From NCBI GenBank assembly GCA_018304545.1, contig JAGVVZ010000003.1, positions 32,987 to 96,986 on the forward strand: a stretch of 64,000 nt of DNA, given 5' to 3'. A model generated the notes under the pieces. That model had not been told where the DNA came from and did not search any database. It saw only the letters and a list, made by a program, of their open reading frames with translations. Position 1 is the first letter of the stretch, and every line of letters starts with the position of its first letter. Source of the DNA: Candidatus Aenigmatarchaeota archaeon (GTDB lineage Archaea; Aenigmatarchaeota; Aenigmatarchaeia; CG10238-14). Both the position numbers and the translations under genes were made by a program. Shown one piece after another: positions 58,901 to 64,000 of the stretch.

Positions 58901-60936
58901 TTGTTAATTTCACAAAATGGCTGACCACCTAGTTGAGTAACGTTCTTCCAAGCACAACCAGTGGCTCCTTGACAACCTACTTGAGCATCAAATGTCCAGC
59001 AATTCTCTCCAGGCATACCACAAAATTCTTCACCCCATTCTGTTTCAACCCAAATACAATTGCCTAATGGTGTTGACGTAGCAGTGCAAAGTGTCTGATT
59101 ATTTGAATATTGCTGACAACTTCCAAATGATGCACCACCACAAAATTGATCGAAAGTACAGTCACCATCTGAGCAGTCTGTATTACCATCATTATCATTA
59201 TCTGTTCCATCAAAGCATATCTCTCCAGTGAATCCTTCTGGCTTGCAGAAGAAATTAGAATTGTCCCATTGGCATGTTGAATCGCTGGCTGCACAAGATG
59301 ACGGATCATAGCAGTTAAAGCAACTGTCCGAACATGTCTTTTTGTTAATATCATCACACCATCCAATCTCAGGATTCAAAACGTCTGTAACCCATTTACA
59401 GTTTGCGTTTTCACCGCATTTTGTTTCAGGATCATTCATGAAACTGCAACTTTTACAATCATTATCGCAGCTGCCTCCACCGTAATAAAAGTCTTGAGCA
59501 TAATTACACCAACCATAGCCGTTAAATGAAAACGGATCAGATTGGAAATTGCAGTAACCCAATTCAGAATTCTCGCAAGCTTGCTGTGCTGCTGTTCCGT
59601 TGGGCCATTGGTTGCCATTCTCATCATGTTCGCACGCCCAACATGCATCATCACAATCTTCATAGCCTACACCAAAACCAAACTCGCACCATCCCTCGTT
59701 TTGTGTGATTCCGTTTTCAATATAAGTTTCTTCTTTCCAAGTACCACCGCCTGCAATACATGAATCTGAATCTTTTATATCAAAGAAGTTTCCTGTCGTG
59801 CCCGACTCGAATACAGATCCCATATCAAATTGACATTCATTCTCGTTTGAATTCCAATTGCATGGCATGAAATACAAATCTTTCAATTGAGAACATGCTG
59901 TTTGATTTTGAGCGTCATCGCAAAATGAGACTGGTGGTTGGCAAGTTGTTTTTTCTGATTGTGTCAATACACCAGTGGTACAGGCAGTGCCGTTCCATTT
60001 GCAATTTTGAAGAGGACCACAGTTGCATGTTCTTTCTAGTCTTATATCAGTACATTCCATTGTATCATTAGCAAAGCCTTGCGCTTCAAAGCCGGCTGCT
60101 GATGGATCATGCCCTTCGCACCAACCAATCTGTTTGTTTTCGCAGAAATGACCATCTTGAGCAACAAATGTAGAATTACAATAAACGCAACCTGTTACAT
60201 TTCCACAAATTGTAGGTGAATTATCGGCAAACCAACACGCTTGGAAGAATCCGGCATTAAAACCACCTGTAAAGAATCCTCCACCTCCGCCACCAGAATC
60301 AGAACCAGTAAACGAGCACATTTGAGAAGTTGAATTCCACTGTCCGCCCACTTCTAGACATGAGTCATCATCATTAAATGCAGTAAAACCTTGATCTTGA
60401 CACGTTGATCCGGACCATTCGCATGGCATACCAAAACTACTTTGGGCTAAATCACATCCTGCCTCTGTTGTAATTTGGGTGCAATACTTCTGAGAGCAAC
60501 ATCCTAGAGGATTGGGACAGAAAAATCCTGTTTGCCAATCGCAAAGACCGCTCAACTGTGACTCGCAATTTGTTTCATTAGTACCATCAAAATTCCAGCA
60601 TCCCTTCTTCTCGCAACAACCAGCGTTATTCCAACACCACGGGTTTTGATTTTTATCGTTTGGTTTCCATTGGCAACTCGCATCTGCTTCGCATCCTACT
60701 TGGTTTCCATCCAAACTCCAGCATCCACCTGTAAAACCACCATTGATGCAACATCCAACAGGATCGTCACAGAAAGGATCCGTATCTGCTGGTGACCAAA
60801 CACAACCTGCGGCAGATCCACAATTAGCCTGATTTCCGTTGTGATCAAAGCATGTCGGCGCAGCAACGTAATTAAAGGATAAGAGAATTCCAAACAATGT
60901 TGTTAGTAAAAACAATGCACTAATTTTTTTATCCAT
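55984..60936 (-). CDS. Giant Cys-rich surface protein with DxDxDG motifs, FN3-like and PGF-pre-PGF domains, TM anchor
   Basis: Signal peptide; many C..x..C.....CxW modules; EICFDGTDNDNDGNTDCSDGDC; VYQYMEI...AESPGLSTFVI; Thr linker; TM. Confidence 0.85.
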   Translation of the reverse strand: MDKKISALFLLTTLFGILLSFNYVAAPTCFDHNGNQANCGSAAGCVWSPADTDPFCDDPVGCCINGGFTGGCWSLDGNQVGCEADASCQWKPNDKNQNPWCWNNAGCCEKKGCWNFDGTNETNCESQLSGLCDWQTGFFCPNPLGCCSQKYCTQITTEAGCDLAQSSFGMPCEWSGSTCQDQGFTAFNDDDSCLEVGGQWNSTSQMCSFTGSDSGGGGGGFFTGGFNAGFFQACWFADNSPTICGNVTGCVYCNSTFVAQDGHFCENKQIGWCEGHDPSAAGFEAQGFANDTMECTDIRLERTCNCGPLQNCKWNGTACTTGVLTQSEKTTCQPPVSFCDDAQNQTACSQLKDLYFMPCNWNSNENECQFDMGSVFESGTTGNFFDIKDSDSCIAGGGTWKEETYIENGITQNEGWCEFGFGVGYEDCDDACWACEHDENGNQWPNGTAAQQACENSELGYCNFQSDPFSFNGYGWCNYAQDFYYGGGSCDNDCKSCSFMNDPETKCGENANCKWVTDVLNPEIGWCDDINKKTCSDSCFNCYDPSSCAASDSTCQWDNSNFFCKPEGFTGEICFDGTDNDNDGNTDCSDGDCTFDQFCGGASFGSCQQYSNNQTLCTATSTPLGNCIWVETEWGEEFCGMPGENCWTFDAQVGCQGATGCAWKNVTQLGGQPFCEINKTREEPCFSLFNQTSCAANPLCTWTVEQGFGGFIQQFCESKIFGNCVVHDDNETACGENPTCVWIEDEFSPDGGWCDPICFSRDITNAECSANANCTLQETHCEPTIIMGDCPNRDGNKTACDAAFTCQWFPDPNGPGVGINQGWCNDKGTMKMFEKIDPSPPAMLGDDQCPESGKEEEVDICGYGMKDMGDAYGFGLGVVSFRDSAICNGMFTQSGVTGTGRNTTKMNVFLDTDGVNTNGCNVTDDLGNTHLGFEFRLRYVGEWADSELKETRSFSLCSNQTWVQTNIAATGFRQLMCGEINGPMIAVDKEDLGKFSTLYNKTKTMRVFGTMADAVHNLTVPSDAVGPSFYTPGSVDFKFECCTCPGADLDDDGITSDKDPDCKFVKQFGYVPTEDCINDKDDDGDGAVDCDDVQCDPKPECGGTMNFLADADDNTSPKMTYTQIDVYTDGAFLVFNTDEPANGTVQFFKSDSTCSNTTSANGYRALNDLGMPGYTFDDYKPFHAAAADNFEGNPNALGYNLANATSYFYKLRVCDPSNNCAVSACSNFTTDDFENDFLFKMEVDEGFSVDIPDLGMDNSDFSTATKTNATTGKSINITVNCPATGYNITFVGADLMKAKTLELENAFTCDSTNKLLGVNSTKWQKMLYDLGVDSVVLTFGTTASKIEKCDDQGSNCVDVSSYATCVFGASSTTCTIPISLGFSTYKVSSTSATTTTVASTSSSGGGGGGGGATAKAVAVRKVSTVFSEVSPDKVNKWTVTTKGVGLVEMHLEVKNKANTVRMTVERLDNKPVSITRETTGKVYQYMEITKTGLTDDNLNMAKLKFAVNKSWLTANNVDPMKVVLNRYADGEWQKLKTTILSAVNDTYEYEAESPGLSTFVITSDETAATTTTLMSLPTTTVMPVVTTSTTVRRTIPTLPEIKLPESLPKPQLTVSQMKWMIAIGAVLIIVGLIIWRLVAMNTAEVPKKKK

Positions 60937-61006
60937 TATTACGAACCTAAATGAGAGTAATACATTAATTTTGTATTCCTAGAATAAAAATGTTTTCTAT
61001 AAAAAA

Positions 61007-61273
61007 TCAGTGAAATTGCAATGTGCGTTCTTCTTTCGTTCTCACTTTCAAGTAATCAATAATGTTAACATAAACAAAATGCAGAAGCATAACCCAAATT
61101 ATTATTAGTATTAGCAATTCGATGTGCGCTTCCCCTATGCTGTTTATTTCAACAACTACTCTCTTCTCTTCGCTGAAATATGCTGTAAGAAAAGTTATTG
61201 TGAAAACGATGAACACGCCGACTAAACATTGAAACAATAATGATAGCTCTTTGCTTGCTTTAACATATGTCAT
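61007..61273 (-). CDS. Small 2-TM membrane protein
   Basis: Two hydrophobic helices around INSIGEAHIE. Confidence 0.6.
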   Translation of the reverse strand: MTYVKASKELSLLFQCLVGVFIVFTITFLTAYFSEEKRVVVEINSIGEAHIELLILIIIWVMLLHFVYVNIIDYLKVRTKEERTLQFH

Positions 61274-61297
61274 GAAGAAAAAAAGAAATTGAATGAT

Positions 61298-62962
61298 TTA
61301 AAGTGTGGTGTTGTAAACCATCGGTTTTTGCTGTTTTGTATGAAATGTTTTTGCAATCAATACTAATAAAACTACTAGCAAGATTCCTAAGAGCAGCGTG
61401 GCCCATGTCTTGCCTGACTTCCTTATGATTGGCGGCAATTCTAATGATTTCTTAACTGTTGTTGTTGGAACTGGTTGAGTTGGTGCGGTTGGAACTGTTG
61501 TTGTTGGAACTGGTTGAGTTGGTATTGTCACAGCAGCTTTAGTTGTAACTGCAAATACGGATAGACCCGGCGACTCACTTTCAAAGTAAACATATTCATT
61601 ATCTTCGCTCAATTTTGATGTTGATAATTCGTTCCATACATTGTCTGCATATCTGCTCAATGCTACTTGATCTGCTGATACTCCATTTTCTGCAAGCCAT
61701 GTTCTTGGAACTTGGAATTTAATTTTCACTTTGCTTAGAGAAGAATCATCTATACCACTCGATTTAATCTCCAAATATCCGAATACTTTTCCGCCAACTT
61801 TAATAGATATTCCTGTTGGTTCGCTGACTTTTGTTACTTTAATTTGAACTGTTTGCGCATCTTTCGTCGTTAATATTTCAATCTCACTGACACCAGTATC
61901 TTTTGTTGCTTGATCACTGAATGAGATTGTTGTTGCTTTACCTGATTTGACATTAGATACTAATGAAACATAAGATGCGCTAACAGCTGTCGTGCCTAAG
62001 CCCGTCGCGCCTGCTGATGCGCTTCCGCCACCTGTCGTTCCTGTTGATGTACCTGTATCAACGCTAAACGCATTTGTAGTTGTTAAATTAGCTTCATTAC
62101 CTGCAACATCGATTGCCAATATTTCAACGTGATAATTACCTGTCACTGACGTGCCTGTATATGTATAAGGACTTGAGAAGCTTGCTGATGTTGAGCTACC
62201 ACTAGGTTTAGTGACTTTAACTGTTTTTGTATTCACTCCTGATAATGAATCTGAAACACTTGCAGATATAGAAACGCTCTGCAACAATAATGGACTGCTC
62301 GGTGAGACAGAGAAACTTAAAATTGATGGAGCGGTCTGGTCAATTACAAATGAAGCCGGAGACTGATCCATATATATTCTGAATGTTGAAAGACTTTCGG
62401 CAAGCGCATTCAACTCTGCTGTATAATTACCTTCGACGGCATTATCTGCAGTTATGTTCCATGTCACATTAAATCTCAGTTCGCCTCCGTCACCCGACGA
62501 ATCATATCCTGACGTATAGCCGTATCCGAAATCATATCCGAATGTTTGGTTAACAGTTCCATAACCTGCAGTACCATAGCCGTATCCATAACCAAAGTTA
62601 GAATAGCCGTATCCATAACCGACAGTGTTTATAGGAGTAATAGTTATATTTGCACAGCCATCTAGCACAGCACCTGCTGGTGTAAATGTACATGTTTTAT
62701 TGCTTGGACCCGTAATCGCGACCGTGAAATTTTTCACAGGTACTCTTTCATCAGTTTCCAAATCGACATCCGCAGTAAACGTAACTGTTTGAATACCATT
62801 CCTATAATACGAAGAATCTGTACTTACATTCACAATAACGCTCATTACGGGCCCGGCAATCATTAAGAGAATGATTATCGCAAGTGTGACAGAAACAGAA
62901 GTTAATCTGTTCTTCATGCTATCTTTATTCCTTTTAGGACTGAAATAAGTCATTGATCTCAC
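61298..62962 (-). CDS. PGF-pre-PGF domain surface protein with Gly-Tyr repeat loop
   Basis: GYGYGYSNFGYGYGYG...; VFGYLEI...ESESPGLSVFAV; PTTT linker; TM; real start may be 62917. Confidence 0.85.
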   Translation of the reverse strand: MRSMTYFSPKRNKDSMKNRLTSVSVTLAIIILLMIAGPVMSVIVNVSTDSSYYRNGIQTVTFTADVDLETDERVPVKNFTVAITGPSNKTCTFTPAGAVLDGCANITITPINTVGYGYGYSNFGYGYGYGTAGYGTVNQTFGYDFGYGYTSGYDSSGDGGELRFNVTWNITADNAVEGNYTAELNALAESLSTFRIYMDQSPASFVIDQTAPSILSFSVSPSSPLLLQSVSISASVSDSLSGVNTKTVKVTKPSGSSTSASFSSPYTYTGTSVTGNYHVEILAIDVAGNEANLTTTNAFSVDTGTSTGTTGGGSASAGATGLGTTAVSASYVSLVSNVKSGKATTISFSDQATKDTGVSEIEILTTKDAQTVQIKVTKVSEPTGISIKVGGKVFGYLEIKSSGIDDSSLSKVKIKFQVPRTWLAENGVSADQVALSRYADNVWNELSTSKLSEDNEYVYFESESPGLSVFAVTTKAAVTIPTQPVPTTTVPTAPTQPVPTTTVKKSLELPPIIRKSGKTWATLLLGILLVVLLVLIAKTFHTKQQKPMVYNTTL

Positions 62963-63089
62963 TCAACATATTACGGATGTCAATAATATAGAATAGGACC
63001 CGTACTATAAAAATATTTGCATGTAAATTTTCTTTCTATAATATAGGAACTGCCTTGACAATCTTTAATTGCAAATTATCATAATATCA

Positions 63090-64000
63090 ATGATGGTAAA
63101 GGAGCTAATAAAAAACATCATGAAAGACAAAACGTTTCTCAAAAACAGCATGTTCGTTCTGATTGCAAACACCATATCCAACGGCGTTCTTTTCCTGAAC
63201 AATATCATAATTTCCGGGATGCTCGAACCAAGTTTATTCGGGAGCTACAAGACCACCCTCTATCTATTTACTTTGCTGCCTGGGCTATTGGATCTCGGAA
63301 TGATGCACACTTTTCCCAAATTTATAGCGGAGTACAAAAAAAATAAAAAATCAAGAATAGGGTCTCTGGTACTTTGGTTTATTAATCTTCGATTAATATC
63401 ATTTGTTATTCTGATTTTGACGTTGTTTGTTTTCAAAAACCAGATTGCCGATGTTTTTTATCATAATAATACGCTAGAACCACTAATCCAAGTCGGCATA
63501 TTTGTTGTTTTTTGCTCATTCTTCCTGTTCCTGAGATCGATTGCCATCGGTTATGAGAATTTTTCTTTGTTTTCGATATCTACCATTATATCCTCACTGA
63601 CGTTTGGTGTTTTTGGAGTCGTTGCTGCATATAAAACCGGACCTGTTGGTGTTGTTTTTATATACGGGCTATCAAGCTTGCTTGGCAGTCTTATCTATCT
63701 GCCATTCATATTAAAACAAAAATTGTTTGAAAGAAAAGCAAAATATGACGTAAAGAAAATATTCATCGGATACTCTCTGCCCATATATATAATATATATT
63801 CCATATAGTTTGGGCTTGAGCATAACCCCAGTTCTGAGCATATTCTTTCCTCAAGAACTAATAGGTTATTTCTCTTTTGCGTTCATGTTCTATTTCGCCG
63901 GTTCTATAATACCATCAACTATCAGCGCTGTACTATTCCCTCAAATCTCTAGATTAAAGGGTGAAAATAAAAATTCAGAAATAAAAAAAGGCTTGAAGAG
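63090..64000 (+). CDS. Oligosaccharide flippase (Wzx/MATE-like), partial
   Basis: Manual translation MMVKELIKNIMKDKTFLKNSMFVLIAN...ISRMLEPSLFGSY...LDLGM...PKFIAEY; multi-TM; runs off the window. Confidence 0.85.
   Translation, partial: MMVKELIKNIMKDKTFLKNSMFVLIANTISNGVLFLNNIIISGMLEPSLFGSYKTTLYLFTLLPGLLDLGMMHTFPKFIAEYKKNKKSRIGSLVLWFINLRLISFVILILTLFVFKNQIADVFYHNNTLEPLIQVGIFVVFCSFFLFLRSIAIGYENFSLFSISTIISSLTFGVFGVVAAYKTGPVGVVFIYGLSSLLGSLIYLPFILKQKLFERKAKYDVKKIFIGYSLPIYIIYIPYSLGLSITPVLSIFFPQELIGYFSFAFMFYFAGSIIPSTISAVLFPQISRLKGENKNSEIKKGLK

Noticed and set aside
61454-61523. 31-bp direct repeat and other Thr/Ser/Gly linker repeats (16960-17040, 31200-31330, 51950-52110)
   Set aside because: Fully explained by low-complexity protein linkers.
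15165-62962. Provirus or integrative element
   Set aside because: No integrase, capsid, terminase, primase or transposase motifs were recognised, and ftsZ and metabolic genes lie inside the region.

Overview
AT-rich archaeal chromosomal window, most consistent with a DPANN (Aenigmarchaeota-like) genome. This is an inference from the split Hef, archaeal YchF/NusA-like/TopA/FtsZ, an archaeosortase, PGF-pre-PGF proteins and many small monocistronic orphans. Positions 1-14.6 kb are mostly housekeeping: radical SAM fragment, NusA-like, YchF, two GT4s, Hef helicase and XPF nuclease, DUF460, archaeosortase, a coiled-coil protein and TopA. Positions 15-63 kb form an extended envelope region. Thirteen co-oriented minus-strand secreted or membrane-anchored proteins are built from shuffled modules and interleaved with mostly plus-strand orphans, ftsZ, about five toxin-antitoxin-like pairs and several decaying genes. 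The most striking unexplained structure is at 36.98-39.89 kb. Four direct copies of the 3' end plus terminator of a 374-aa secreted protein gene, each containing a TAACC-N7-(A/G)GTTA dyad, delimit three two-gene TA-like cassettes, resembling an integron- or dif-module-like array with no integrase in the window. A recurrent 17-bp palindrome TTNCTA-N5-TAGNAA sits in promoter regions of many envelope and orphan genes. No rRNA, tRNA or CRISPR array was recognised.
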